DNA of 64,000 nucleotides from Oscillospiraceae bacterium (GCA_017631545.1 JAGBTC010000317.1:1588-65587); one strand, 5' to 3'. Counted from the stretch's first letter, positions 1 to 9,016 are shown. The notes: a model not told the origin generated them from the letters alone. A program made the numbers and translations.

Positions 1-55
1 AACTTGCAGAGGCGGCTTTCAAGCTTTCGGAGGAGTAAAGACTTTTTTGCGGGGG

Positions 56-86
56 CGGTTATAAATAGCCGTTCCCGCATGGGGTA
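56..86 (+). promoter_or_regulatory. Early repeat element copy 1 (CGGTTATA-N13-GCATGGGGTA)
   Basis: Exact bipartite motif, intergenic, upstream of SD+ATG at 124. Confidence 0.8.
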
Positions 87-123
87 TTAAGTGGCAAAGA
101 AAAACGAAACGGAGGTTTACACA

Positions 124-480
124 ATGGAAAAGTACATCGCGCACGAACAGATCGGCTACTACTGCAAGGACACTGAAGTATGGGTAAACAAGCGGCTTTC
201 CCGTATGCCCTACGCCCAGGCGGGCGTGATTTCCGACGGGCGGGGGGTTAGCCTGATAAGCTACTCAACGCTTGTCTGCACAATTTCCCCGGATGGCTGG
301 CTGACCTGCACGGGCACCTATTCCGCCACGACGCGCAAGCATATCGGCGCGTTCATGCACGAATACGGTAACGGCGCGAGCTACTACACGGCAAAGCGTT
401 GCTATGAGGCCGGGGAAGCCTACAACGTATTCACGGGCGAGATCCTGACGCTGGAAGAGTACGCACGGCGGGCGGCGTAA
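124..480 (+). CDS. Hypothetical phage early protein (SYxTxV...TTxKH motif)
   Basis: GGAGG SD before ATG 124; motif shared with 5062..5343. Confidence 0.85.
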   Translation: MEKYIAHEQIGYYCKDTEVWVNKRLSRMPYAQAGVISDGRGVSLISYSTLVCTISPDGWLTCTGTYSATTRKHIGAFMHEYGNGASYYTAKRCYEAGEAYNVFTGEILTLEEYARRAA

Positions 481-512
481 TGCCGCCCGCGCCCCCGAAA
501 AAACTGAAATCG

Positions 513-543
513 CGGTTATATTTCTGCCCCGTTGCATGGGGTA
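513..543 (+). promoter_or_regulatory. Early repeat element copy 2
   Basis: CGGTTATA-tttctgccccgtt-GCATGGGGTA. Confidence 0.8.
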
Positions 544-579
544 TAGGGCAGAAAACAAAAACAGATCGGAGGCAGAAAA

Positions 580-834
580 ATGAACGATAAAGAGATATTC
601 AAAATCGGCCCGGTGGAACTGACGCGCAAAGAGGCGGAAGAAATCTATGCTTCCGGAAAGTACATCCTGACTTCCACGGCGGTTTACCAAGTGTTTTTCT
701 CGCCCGCGCAAAATCGTTTCTACGGGCATCGGCTGTACTGGAAAAAGGGGGCGCGGTTTTGTCTGCGCGGGCGCTACCATGTGTTCGACGGCGCATATAT
801 CAACAAGATCATCGGGCATGAACTTCTCGCATAA
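580..834 (+). CDS. Hypothetical protein
   Basis: GGAGG SD, ORF flanked by repeat copies 2 and 3. Confidence 0.85.
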   Translation: MNDKEIFKIGPVELTRKEAEEIYASGKYILTSTAVYQVFFSPAQNRFYGHRLYWKKGARFCLRGRYHVFDGAYINKIIGHELLA

Positions 835-849
835 AAAACTTTTGCGGGG

Positions 850-880
850 CGGTTATATTCCAGCCGCCCCGCATGGGGTA
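850..880 (+). promoter_or_regulatory. Early repeat element copy 3
   Basis: Exact motif; 38 bp identical to copy 5. Confidence 0.8.
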
Positions 881-919
881 CAAGGCGAAACAAAATCAAT
901 AATTCGGAGGTAAAAAAAC

Positions 920-1141
920 ATGAGTGAACTGAAAAAGAAAAGAATGCGCTATGAAGTTCTGGAGGACGTGGAAAGCTTCCTGCTGAACCGCATCAAATCC
1001 CACGAGGAAGAGATCGAATGGAAATCAGCGCCCCGTGACGACGGCGAGCCGATTCCCGAATGGCGGCTGGAAGAAATCCAGGATCACAAGGACAAAATCG
1101 CGGAGATCAAGGAGGTGATTAAGTCTCTCGCAAAGCTTTGA
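920..1141 (+). CDS. Hypothetical coiled-coil protein
   Basis: GGAGGT SD, charged helical sequence. Confidence 0.85.
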   Translation: MSELKKKRMRYEVLEDVESFLLNRIKSHEEEIEWKSAPRDDGEPIPEWRLEEIQDHKDKIAEIKEVIKSLAKL

Positions 1142-1148
1142 AACTGAA

Positions 1149-1203
1149 TTGAAGGTTTTTCGAGCGCCGGGGCAATCGCCCCGGCGCTTCATAAAGCCTT
1201 TAA
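1149..1203 (+). repeat. Long imperfect hairpin A (near-identical to 2743..2798)
   Basis: ttgaaggttttt..agcgccggggc-aatc-gccccggcgct..aaagcctttaa, with G-T pairs. Confidence 0.8.
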
Positions 1204-1218
1204 GAAAATTTTGAAACG

Positions 1219-1249
1219 CGGTTATAAATCGGACTTGCCGCATGGGGTA
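1219..1249 (+). promoter_or_regulatory. Early repeat element copy 4
   Basis: Exact motif with 13-nt spacer. Confidence 0.8.
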
Positions 1250-1284
1250 TAAGGCGGCGAGGGAAAAACAAAACGGAGGTACAC

Positions 1285-1467
1285 ATGAAAACGAAATGCG
1301 AGTGCGGTGGTTACATTCTGGGCTTTTTCAACACCCGGACGATGGAACAGGGGTATCGCTGCCAAAAGTGCGGCCGCTATCACGAGATCAAGCCGCTGCG
1401 GATCGTGCGCGGGATAGACTATGAGGGCATGATCCTTGCGCGGCAGGATGAACAGTGGGAGGACTGA
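1285..1467 (+). CDS. Small Zn-ribbon-like protein
   Basis: GGAGGT SD; CEC...CQKC. Confidence 0.75.
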   Translation: MKTKCECGGYILGFFNTRTMEQGYRCQKCGRYHEIKPLRIVRGIDYEGMILARQDEQWED

Positions 1468-1469
1468 CA

Positions 1470-1637
1470 ATGCGCAAAACGAAAATCCGTAACCTGGCCG
1501 CCGGGATTGCGTTTCTGGGCTTCCTGCTGACGCTGACAGAGTATCACGGCGGCGCATGGGCGGGCACATTCATCGGCGCGGCAATGATGATTTGCGGCGC
1601 TCTGGCAATTCTGAGAATGAAAATCGAGAGGAGATAA
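1470..1637 (+). CDS. Small membrane protein (2 TM)
   Basis: GGAGG SD; two hydrophobic stretches. Confidence 0.75.
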   Translation: MRKTKIRNLAAGIAFLGFLLTLTEYHGGAWAGTFIGAAMMICGALAILRMKIERR

Positions 1638-1641
1638 GCAA

Positions 1642-1965
1642 ATGAAATTCAAGACTACGCGGAAAGCGGTTGTCGCTTTGAGTAATCGGCTGGTATATGC
1701 GCCTTATGCCGAGCTTCAATATCTGCTTCGCTATCGTGACCCGGTAGCCTACACCTGCGGCGTATACGGCTGGAATTTCGACGTGTACGAGATCGGCAAT
1801 CTGACAATCTGCACGGGCTATCGCGGAATGCCCGGTCGTCGCGCCAACAACATCGAGGAGTATGAAAAGCGAGCTTCGGAGATTTGGCATTCTGACGGGA
1901 AAACTTTTGAGGAAGTAAAGGAGGAAATCAATCGGCTGCTGGAGGAATTCTGCGAGCAGGCGTGA
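1642..1965 (+). CDS. Hypothetical phage protein (YxxGVYGWNxDxY motif)
   Basis: SD, tight operon packing. Confidence 0.85.
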   Translation: MKFKTTRKAVVALSNRLVYAPYAELQYLLRYRDPVAYTCGVYGWNFDVYEIGNLTICTGYRGMPGRRANNIEEYEKRASEIWHSDGKTFEEVKEEINRLLEEFCEQA

Positions 1966-1976
1966 AAGGGGAAGCA

Positions 1977-2165
1977 ATGAAACTCACAAGAAACAACCTG
2001 AAAAGACTGTGCGGCAATTCCGGTTATGACCCGGAGAAAATCGGAATCGCAATTCTGCGTTTGCTTGGATATAAGGTCGAAAAATACTATCTGAGCGGCG
2101 CCGTCTATGTCGAAGACAAAACCGGGAAGATTGTTTACCACTATGACGGCGCGTATGTCGATTGA
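1977..2165 (+). CDS. Hypothetical protein
   Basis: AAGGGG SD before ATG 1977. Confidence 0.75.
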   Translation: MKLTRNNLKRLCGNSGYDPEKIGIAILRLLGYKVEKYYLSGAVYVEDKTGKIVYHYDGAYVD

Positions 2166-2197
2166 AGCGTAAACAGATCGAAAGGAGAAAATCGGGA

Positions 2198-2380
2198 ATG
2201 GCGGAGTATGTGAACGGAACACCCTGCACCCACAAGCTGTGCAAAAAGTGCGACAACAACTGCGGCGGCGTGTGCGCCTACGACTTGCAGATGGAGGCGG
2301 AGGAGCGCGGCCTGAAAGTCTCGGACCTTATCAACGACGAGACCTGCAAATTCTACGACTACTGCGGCGGCGAAGACTGA
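2198..2380 (+). CDS. Small Cys-rich protein
   Basis: AAGGAG SD; multiple Cys. Confidence 0.7.
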   Translation: MAEYVNGTPCTHKLCKKCDNNCGGVCAYDLQMEAEERGLKVSDLINDETCKFYDYCGGED

Positions 2381-2397
2381 GAAATAATTATGCGGGG

Positions 2398-2428
2398 CGG
2401 TTATATTCCAGCCGCCCCGCATGGGGTA
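2398..2428 (+). promoter_or_regulatory. Early repeat element copy 5
   Basis: Exact motif. Confidence 0.8.
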
Positions 2429-2450
2429 TAAAGCGAAAGGGAGTGACGCA

Positions 2451-2735
2451 ATGATAATCGACCTGATTCTGGACAGAAAGGACGATGAAGCGGAGATCGA
2501 AAAAGGCTTTACCCATTACAAAAGGCCAAACGGAGAACTTGTCCCGCTCGCATACGATGCCCGCAAATTCTACAGAGAGGTGATGCAATACGGAGAGATC
2601 GGGCACGGCATAACGGCGGCGATGGACTACGGAGAGGAGGAGGATGTCCGGCGGGAACTGTGCAAATACATAATCGCAAACGAATACAATCCGGAAATCT
2701 GCGCGTATGTCAATGCGCGGAACTGGTTGAGTTAA
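2451..2735 (+). CDS. Hypothetical phage protein (MIIDLILDRKD... YNPEI)
   Basis: SD AAGGGAG; follows repeat copy 5. Confidence 0.85.
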   Translation: MIIDLILDRKDDEAEIEKGFTHYKRPNGELVPLAYDARKFYREVMQYGEIGHGITAAMDYGEEEDVRRELCKYIIANEYNPEICAYVNARNWLS

Positions 2736-2742
2736 AAGGAGG

Positions 2743-2798
2743 TTGAAGGTTTTTCAAGCGCCGGGGAGAAAGTCCCCGGCGCTTCATAAAGCCTTTAA
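2743..2798 (+). repeat. Long imperfect hairpin B (near-identical to 1149..1203)
   Basis: Same stem, different loop. Confidence 0.8.
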
Positions 2799-2814
2799 TT
2801 TCGGAGGATGAAAA

Positions 2815-3132
2815 ATGAAAGGAAGAAATATTACAAACGCCCGGAGGCATGTTGACTATCTGCTTTCCGTCCGCGACGAACTGATCCGCGCCGAGAATGC
2901 CGTGGACAAGATCAAGAAATCCGACGAGTGGAAGCAATGCCAAAACTACTTCAACGTGCTACACCATCGCGGCGCAATCCCGGAATTGCCGTGCAAGCGC
3001 AACGGATATGCAATCCCGGAAATCATAAGCGGCGGCAAAGAATCCTTTGCCGTGGTAGAGGTATCAAAGCTGAGGAAGTGCCTGACGGCCAAACAGTTCA
3101 AGGAAATTTTCGGAGAGGAGAAAACGGAATGA
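2815..3132 (+). CDS. Hypothetical protein
   Basis: GGAGG SD. Confidence 0.8.
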   Translation: MKGRNITNARRHVDYLLSVRDELIRAENAVDKIKKSDEWKQCQNYFNVLHHRGAIPELPCKRNGYAIPEIISGGKESFAVVEVSKLRKCLTAKQFKEIFGEEKTE

Positions 3133-3311
3133 AATACTATCACATGATTATCGCAAGGCCAGGACCGGAAAACGTGGGAGATCATTCCACCCGGCGCGAG
3201 TATATCAGCCGCAAACAGGGCAGTCACCCGGAGGGCTGGATTTGTGTGGGAGTCTGCGGCTATCACGAAACGCCGAAAAGACGGTGCGAGGAAAGCGAGG
3301 ATGAAGAATGA
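3129..3311 (+). CDS. Hypothetical protein
   Basis: ATGA overlaps on both sides. Confidence 0.75.
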   Translation: MKYYHMIIARPGPENVGDHSTRREYISRKQGSHPEGWICVGVCGYHETPKRRCEESEDEE

Positions 3312-3628
3312 AAGCGAACAGCATCGAATGGCGGAAAATGTGTGATCGGCTGTTCTATGGCGTCGCGCTGGACGAAGCGCAATGGAGCAGGGCCACGGCG
3401 GAACTGTGCGCGTATCTCAGAAACTGCAATCTGCGTCCGCTTTGGGATTTTCTGGAACTGAAAGTCGTGGAACATCTGCGCGGGGAAAAGCTTGTCAGCC
3501 GCCGTATTTGTTTCCGGGACAGCGGTGCGCCCCTGACGGTGCGGGAGATCGAGAGTATCGGCTGTTTCATGCCGGGAAATCCGTGGTACAGGCCGGAATA
3601 TGAAATCCTTTTCGTGGAGGAAAACTGA
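3308..3628 (+). CDS. Hypothetical protein
   Basis: ATGA coupling. Confidence 0.8.
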   Translation: MKANSIEWRKMCDRLFYGVALDEAQWSRATAELCAYLRNCNLRPLWDFLELKVVEHLRGEKLVSRRICFRDSGAPLTVREIESIGCFMPGNPWYRPEYEILFVEEN

Positions 3629-3837
3629 TGGATTTTTATGCAAAGCTGGACGGAAGCAACGAGTTCTTCGCCCGCCGCGCCCTTTACAATGCGGCGGTAA
3701 AGCTGAGGCGCGGAGACGATTTCCGCGCCCGGAAATTCTGTGACCTGGCGCTGACGTGCCAAAGGGCGGGCGGGGTATCTTCGGCCACGGCAAATCGCAT
3801 TTCGGAAATGAAAAATTTTTTGGAAGCCCGGTTATAA
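3628..3837 (+). CDS. Hypothetical protein
   Basis: TGATG coupling, GGAGG SD. Confidence 0.75.
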   Translation: MDFYAKLDGSNEFFARRALYNAAVKLRRGDDFRARKFCDLALTCQRAGGVSSATANRISEMKNFLEARL

Positions 3838-3859
3838 TCTGCCGTTCCCGCATGGGGTA
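3829..3859 (+). promoter_or_regulatory. Early repeat element copy 6 (overlaps upstream stop codon)
   Basis: Exact motif; TAA of 3628..3837 overlaps the TTATAA. Confidence 0.8.
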
Positions 3860-3903
3860 TAGGGCAGAAAGGCAAGCGCCGAAAGTTTGAAAGGAGAATC
3901 CAA

Positions 3904-4614
3904 ATGGAAAATAAAATCAATTACATCGTGCGGGAAGTACCGGCGGAGTGGGCGGACCTGAGCTACTACTTTGACGACGACGGCCTGACGGAACGGGGAG
4001 GGGATTTCTGCTACAACATGTTCATCGTTGCGCCGCGAAATTATCGCGGATTCAACGATGAAAGATACGGAGATCTTCAGCGGCAAGCCGAAAGCATCAT
4101 TGACGGCTTCTCTGATGTAGCGGAACGGGATCACTGGCAGGGGTATTTCAGCTACAAGGACGTAATGACCGCTTTCGGAATCCCCTACAATTCCCGGAAG
4201 TGCCACGCCCTGAAAGAGTGGGCCAAGGAGGCCGATGTCGCAGAACCGGAAGATATGGCGGAATATCTCACCATCGTCACCGGTAAAAAGTGGGAATCCA
4301 CCGGAGTGTGCGGCTACTGCCAGGGAGATTATGTGGATGTTGTCTGCTGCACCGAAGTCTACCATGACTGCGGACAGCAATACGGTGAAGTGTGGCTGGG
4401 CTGTGCCAAGGAGTTCACCGTAAACTATCTTGACGAGGACGGCGAGGAAGGGGATTCCGTCGGCGGCTACATCGTCGCAGACTGTCAGGCATGGAGAGAC
4501 GAAGACTACAAGCGCCTTGTCTGCGAGTGGGCAGAGATTCCGGAAGCGGAAACGGAACTGCAAATGATCGACGGTTCCCATACCTACACGAAGTATGAGT
4601 ACCGCACGGCATAA
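3904..4614 (+). CDS. Acidic hypothetical phage protein (GYxQGD motif)
   Basis: AAGGAG SD; 236 aa. Confidence 0.9.
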   Translation: MENKINYIVREVPAEWADLSYYFDDDGLTERGGDFCYNMFIVAPRNYRGFNDERYGDLQRQAESIIDGFSDVAERDHWQGYFSYKDVMTAFGIPYNSRKCHALKEWAKEADVAEPEDMAEYLTIVTGKKWESTGVCGYCQGDYVDVVCCTEVYHDCGQQYGEVWLGCAKEFTVNYLDEDGEEGDSVGGYIVADCQAWRDEDYKRLVCEWAEIPEAETELQMIDGSHTYTKYEYRTA

Positions 4615-4628
4615 GAAAGGAGATCGGC

Positions 4629-4829
4629 ATGAGGCAAAACCTTTGGGAGTGCTATAACAGCGACGAGTGGCCCTACGAGGTGTGGTATTACACGCCAAAG
4701 CAGAAGTCCAAAAAGGGACGATATTTCCGCTCGCTGGAGGAAGTCAAGGCTTGGCTGGCGAGGCATAAGACGGCGCGAATTGAGGCGGCAAGCTGGCAGG
4801 TTTTCTGTCTGAGGAACGGAATGAAATGA
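4629..4829 (+). CDS. Hypothetical protein
   Basis: AAGGAG SD. Confidence 0.75.
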   Translation: MRQNLWECYNSDEWPYEVWYYTPKQKSKKGRYFRSLEEVKAWLARHKTARIEAASWQVFCLRNGMK

Positions 4830-4850
4830 TACGAGAAAGGAGAATGCGCA

Positions 4851-5048
4851 ATGCCAAGGGTAAAGTATGTCTATGCGCGGGACAAAAAACGCCTGCGCCT
4901 GTCCGATTTCCCTAACTTCTCCGCAACGGGTAACGTATGGGGCATGAAGCATCACTACTACGGCAAGGATGCCTTGCTTGTCCGCTGCGGAAGCTGGATA
5001 TACAACGTGACTTCGCGCCCCGATATCTACTACGGCGAGGCGCACTGA
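4851..5048 (+). CDS. Hypothetical protein
   Basis: AAGGAG SD. Confidence 0.8.
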   Translation: MPRVKYVYARDKKRLRLSDFPNFSATGNVWGMKHHYYGKDALLVRCGSWIYNVTSRPDIYYGEAH

Positions 5049-5061
5049 GAAAGGAGACAAC

Positions 5062-5343
5062 ATGGAGCGTCCGGATTTCTATAACTACGGCTTCTACGAG
5101 AACAGCAATTACGGGGTGCATACCCTGTGCTTCCGCGATGCCTACGGCGACCGATTCTGGTACAGCTATGAAACGCTGGTCGCTTTCCAGATCGGCAGAG
5201 AGTTCCACATCACCAAGAACTATTGGGGGACTACCACGGGGAAGCACCTGAACTGGATCAATGACAACAAGGATATCCGCGAGGACGCGGAGACCTTCAG
5301 CGCGAACTATGAGCGCCTTATCGCGGGCAGGAAAACGGCGTGA
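5062..5343 (+). CDS. Hypothetical phage early protein (paralog of 124..480)
   Basis: SYETLV...WGTTTGKHL. Confidence 0.85.
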   Translation: MERPDFYNYGFYENSNYGVHTLCFRDAYGDRFWYSYETLVAFQIGREFHITKNYWGTTTGKHLNWINDNKDIREDAETFSANYERLIAGRKTA

Positions 5344-5359
5344 AAAGAATCTGCGGGGG

Positions 5360-5390
5360 CGGTTATAAATGACCGCTCCCGCATGGGGTA
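5360..5390 (+). promoter_or_regulatory. Early repeat element copy 7
   Basis: Exact motif. Confidence 0.8.
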
Positions 5391-5412
5391 TAAGGCGAAG
5401 GAGGAATGCACA

Positions 5413-5634
5413 ATGGAAGTGGAACTGAGAAGCCGCATCCACGATATCTATGACGGCATGAAGGAAGTGCTGCGGCTGGCGTGGGATTGCGACGACCTTA
5501 TGTCCCAGGACACGCTGTTCCAGATTCAGGACAAGCTCGCAGACCTGGCCCTGATAACGGCAGTCGCGGCGAGGCAGGAAAAAGACCTGGTGCGGGAGTT
5601 TCCCTACATCTACACATTCGGCGAAGAAAAATAA
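5413..5634 (+). CDS. Hypothetical protein
   Basis: AGGAGG SD; between repeat copies 7 and 8. Confidence 0.8.
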   Translation: MEVELRSRIHDIYDGMKEVLRLAWDCDDLMSQDTLFQIQDKLADLALITAVAARQEKDLVREFPYIYTFGEEK

Positions 5635-5640
5635 ACTGCC

Positions 5641-5671
5641 CGGTTATATTCCGGGCTTGACGCATGGGGTA
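5641..5671 (+). promoter_or_regulatory. Early repeat element copy 8
   Basis: Exact motif. Confidence 0.8.
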
Positions 5672-5693
5672 AAGGCTGAAAGGAGCTGATGCA

Positions 5694-5882
5694 ATGCGCA
5701 AAATCACCGTGACCCTTTCTGAGAGGGAGCAATCAATAATCCGGGAAGCTCTCACTCGTTATATCATCGAAGCCGGGAAAGCTCGTGAAATATTCATCAT
5801 ATTTGACGAGGCGTGGTTGGGAGCGACCCGTGATTATCTGGACGAGCTTCAAGTTCTGTATAAAAAGATTGTGAAAGCATGA
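5694..5882 (+). CDS. Small protein, possibly ribbon-helix-helix-like
   Basis: AAGGAG SD; MRKITVTLS...IIREAL pattern. Confidence 0.7.
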   Translation: MRKITVTLSEREQSIIREALTRYIIEAGKAREIFIIFDEAWLGATRDYLDELQVLYKKIVKA

Positions 5883-5897
5883 ATGGAGGGATTAAAC

Positions 5898-6200
5898 ATG
5901 CAAATCCCCAAGTATGTCCAGGAACTCATGTCCCGCTCCCGCTTTGCCCTTGGCCCGGTCCACGAAAAAGCCTCCCCCGGCTACACCATCTGGATCGAAA
6001 AGGCCACGCCCTACACCACGGCAGACACGCTTCGTGCAGAATGTGAACGGCTGTGCCGCTGGGCGAAGCGCAACTATGCGGACGCAGAAATCCTGTGCTG
6101 CCCCGCCGAGACCCGTCACCGGGCGCAGCGAGCGCTTGTCACCGTCACCGACCCCTGCATGAAGTACATGGAAAAATACATTTCGGATTTCGGAAATTGA
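5898..6200 (+). CDS. Hypothetical protein
   Basis: GGAGG SD. Confidence 0.8.
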   Translation: MQIPKYVQELMSRSRFALGPVHEKASPGYTIWIEKATPYTTADTLRAECERLCRWAKRNYADAEILCCPAETRHRAQRALVTVTDPCMKYMEKYISDFGN

Positions 6201-6213
6201 AAAGGAGGACGCC

Positions 6214-6420
6214 ATGGACGTATTCGACTTCTGCAACCTCTGCACCGACGATACGGTGGAAGTCCGTATCTTCGACCTGAACCCGGACGTTGAAAACGAA
6301 GTATTCAAGGGGAGCATGTGGGACGCGGAGCAAAGCGCGTTCTCGGACTGGGAAGTTCTCAGCTTCGACCTTGACCCCCGTGAAGGGCTGATTCTGAACA
6401 TCGACACATCCGAAAGCTGA
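6214..6420 (+). CDS. Small acidic protein
   Basis: AGGAGG SD. Confidence 0.8.
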   Translation: MDVFDFCNLCTDDTVEVRIFDLNPDVENEVFKGSMWDAEQSAFSDWEVLSFDLDPREGLILNIDTSES

Positions 6421-6434
6421 AAGGAGTGAACAAC

Positions 6435-6677
6435 ATGGTGCTTTCAAAGGAAGCCTACGATAAAATCGTCCGCCGCTATTCTACCCTGATACTGACGGAA
6501 GACGATGCCGTGGACGCGCTGGATTTCGCCCACGATATCCTCAACGCCGAAGCTGATGCCACGAAGGAAAAGTATCCCTACGCTACCCGTACCATCGACG
6601 AGCTGGAATCCGCCGCTTTCCGCCTGTCCTGCATGGCAACGGAGATCGGCAACGAAGATTTTTCCGAGGAGGGCTGA
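6435..6677 (+). CDS. Hypothetical protein
   Basis: AAGGAG SD. Confidence 0.8.
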   Translation: MVLSKEAYDKIVRRYSTLILTEDDAVDALDFAHDILNAEADATKEKYPYATRTIDELESAAFRLSCMATEIGNEDFSEEG

Positions 6678-6679
6678 AC

Positions 6680-6871
6680 ATGAAAACCTGGTGGGTCACG
6701 ATAAGCGTGGACGGGCGCTGGCAGACTGCCGTGGACGCGGAGAGCGTGGACGAGGCAATCAAGGAAGCCGAACTGGACTTCATGGGCGCGAACCTTGGTG
6801 AGAATCTTGAGGTCGTGGGCTACGAACCCGTCATCGTGGAAGATGAAAATGATATCGTATGGGAGGGCTGA
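6680..6871 (+). CDS. Small acidic protein (VxAxSxxEA motif)
   Basis: GGAGG SD. Confidence 0.8.
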   Translation: MKTWWVTISVDGRWQTAVDAESVDEAIKEAELDFMGANLGENLEVVGYEPVIVEDENDIVWEG

Positions 6872-6873
6872 AC

Positions 6874-7407
6874 ATGACCATTTCGGAAGTCAGAAACCGC
6901 CTGCTGGACGGGGATTCCCTTGACCGGATATTCACGCTCCGGCAGGGGCAGGAATGTGAGATATACAAGGCCAGCCGCTTCTGCGCGGAAGAACCCGATA
7001 CCGTGATCTACATTCCCGACTTCGGCCTGAACGATTTATACCGGAGGCCGCTGACAGAGGAATATGTCTCGGATCAGCTTCATTGCTGCTTCACAGCGCA
7101 GGACTTCATCGACGAAGCGGGAGGAGATCTCGCGCTCGCCGAGCGCCTGTTCTGGTACTGCGACTGGCAATGCCCGTCCTCTGCCATCGACGAGGTGCGG
7201 GATGAAATCACGGAGGGAGAATTCTATATCTTCGATACCCACGGCGGAGACAGCACATGGAACGAGCGCAGCGGGCAGAAATGCGTCGCTGTTCGTCCGC
7301 TCACGGCGCAGGAGTGCGACATTGCCGATGTCGGCCCCATGTGGCGCGTCCGTTTTGAAGACGGTGTTGAAACCGATGCGTTCCAAGATGAACTGAGGGA
7401 GGAATAA
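6874..7407 (+). CDS. Hypothetical protein
   Basis: GGAGG SD. Confidence 0.85.
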   Translation: MTISEVRNRLLDGDSLDRIFTLRQGQECEIYKASRFCAEEPDTVIYIPDFGLNDLYRRPLTEEYVSDQLHCCFTAQDFIDEAGGDLALAERLFWYCDWQCPSSAIDEVRDEITEGEFYIFDTHGGDSTWNERSGQKCVAVRPLTAQECDIADVGPMWRVRFEDGVETDAFQDELREE

Positions 7408-7410
7408 CCT

Positions 7411-7794
7411 ATGGCAAAGAAGCCGACCAAGGCGCAGATCGAAAATCTCGCAAAGGAAATCCGGCAGTACCTTCTGGACCGGGAAATGTGGAGCGACATC
7501 CGTATCTACTTCAACGGCAAAGCTTTCGCCACCGACGACCGGGAGGGACACTACTACTACAACGACCCCGATCATCTGGTCGTGCTGGAAGACGAAGACC
7601 CCCACACCTACACCGAGTACGCGGGGGACATTCTCACCATGACCTTTGAGGGGCCTCTGTACGAAGCCCTGAACTATGGGGACTACGGCGGCTATCAGTG
7701 GAAGACAGAAGAAGAACTCACCGCCATCTTCCGCAAGTACGGCCTGTACTACGAGCTGGGAAACGCCTGGAACCTCACCGCCTGTCCCCTGTGA
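7411..7794 (+). CDS. Hypothetical phage protein (FEGPLY...YYELGxAW)
   Basis: GGAGG SD. Confidence 0.85.
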   Translation: MAKKPTKAQIENLAKEIRQYLLDREMWSDIRIYFNGKAFATDDREGHYYYNDPDHLVVLEDEDPHTYTEYAGDILTMTFEGPLYEALNYGDYGGYQWKTEEELTAIFRKYGLYYELGNAWNLTACPL

Positions 7795-7815
7795 ATTTCG
7801 GAAAGGAGAAAACGA

Positions 7816-8079
7816 ATGAAGAAAATCGTGGTGGTAGCAGCGCTGTGCGCGGCGCTGGCTTCATCTTCCCTGTTCTATCCCGCGACAATGGTTGTTGATT
7901 CCATCGACGGAGACACCGTTACGCTCGCCACCGCCACCGGACATCTGTATGAAATGACCGGCGCGGAGGACTATGAACCCGGTGATTTGGTCTCCGCAAT
8001 CATGTTTACCAATGCAACGCCGCGCATCACAGATGACGCGATTATTACGGCACGATACAGCGGATTCACCCGCGACTGA
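7816..8079 (+). CDS. Exported/membrane-anchored small protein
   Basis: MKK plus hydrophobic N-terminus; strong SD. Confidence 0.8.
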   Translation: MKKIVVVAALCAALASSSLFYPATMVVDSIDGDTVTLATATGHLYEMTGAEDYEPGDLVSAIMFTNATPRITDDAIITARYSGFTRD

Positions 8080-8100
8080 TTTCGGAAAGGAGAAAATGAA

Positions 8101-8301
8101 ATGTCCATCATCAAAGAAACCTTTATGCAGGAATGCGCCTGCTGTGGGAAGCATTTCCCCGCCACCTATGTTTTCGACACCGAGCGCAAAACCTTCGGGT
8201 ACGAATACTCTGACGCGCAGCCACCCTGCGAATGTGAAGACGATTTCATCCCCGTCGGAGATTCCCCTTCTATCGGGGAATGGCTGTCTGCGCTTCATTA
8301 A
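8101..8301 (+). CDS. Small Cys-containing protein
   Basis: AAGGAG SD. Confidence 0.75.
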   Translation: MSIIKETFMQECACCGKHFPATYVFDTERKTFGYEYSDAQPPCECEDDFIPVGDSPSIGEWLSALH

Positions 8302-8322
8302 GGGATCGAATTTTCTGCGACC

Positions 8323-8353
8323 CGGTTATAATCCGCGTCTCTTGCATGGGGTA
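8323..8353 (+). promoter_or_regulatory. Early repeat element copy 9
   Basis: Exact motif. Confidence 0.8.
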
Positions 8354-8389
8354 CATGGCGCACAGCAAAAAACGAAAGGAGCAATCGCT

Positions 8390-8962
8390 TTGAAAAAGAT
8401 CAGAGGCGTGTACGGCAAATACTTCTACGGAAACGAGATCAGCGCCTACGGGCAGGAGAACGGCTATGTGGACTACCGGACGCTGGCAAAGGCTTTCGAC
8501 GCCGTTCTTTCCAACGACATCATGCAGAAGACCTGCGACCTCGGCTTTTGGGATATCTACTGCGGCGGCGAAGCCTACTACGAAGACAACGACGGCAGCG
8601 AATACAGTTCCGACGAAGCCCAGGATCGCATCGAAGAACTGAAGGAACGGCTGGACGAGATCGTGGATCGGCTCTCCGAACTTTCCGACGAGGACAAGGA
8701 GGACACCGAGGAATACGCCGCTCTGGTGGAAGAACAGACGGAAATCGAAGAAGATATCGAATGTCTGGAGGACGAGCGGTATTACGACTTCTACCAATAC
8801 TTCATCGTGGACGGCAACGGCGCGAGCATCCTGGAGGAAGCCGGGGAAACCGTGTGGTACAACGAATACCTCGACCTCTATGTGTGGGGCGTGACCCACT
8901 GGGGCACTTCCTGGGACTACGTTCTGACGAACATCCCCTGCAACGTACAGCCGGAAGATTGA
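8390..8962 (+). CDS. Acidic phage protein with coiled coil (WGVTHWGTSWDYV)
   Basis: AAGGAG SD before TTG at 8390. Confidence 0.85.
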   Translation: MKKIRGVYGKYFYGNEISAYGQENGYVDYRTLAKAFDAVLSNDIMQKTCDLGFWDIYCGGEAYYEDNDGSEYSSDEAQDRIEELKERLDEIVDRLSELSDEDKEDTEEYAALVEEQTEIEEDIECLEDERYYDFYQYFIVDGNGASILEEAGETVWYNEYLDLYVWGVTHWGTSWDYVLTNIPCNVQPED

Positions 8963-8985
8963 CCGGGGCGGAAAATTCTCCGCCC

Positions 8986-9016
8986 CGGTTATATTTTCCC
9001 CGTGGTGCATGGGGTA
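8986..9016 (+). promoter_or_regulatory. Early repeat element copy 10
   Basis: Exact motif; preceded by hairpin 8964-8987. Confidence 0.8.

Noticed and set aside
7973-8389. N-terminal extension of the 329-aa ORF
   Set aside because: It overlaps two SD-supported genes and repeat copy 9; the true start is likely TTG 8390
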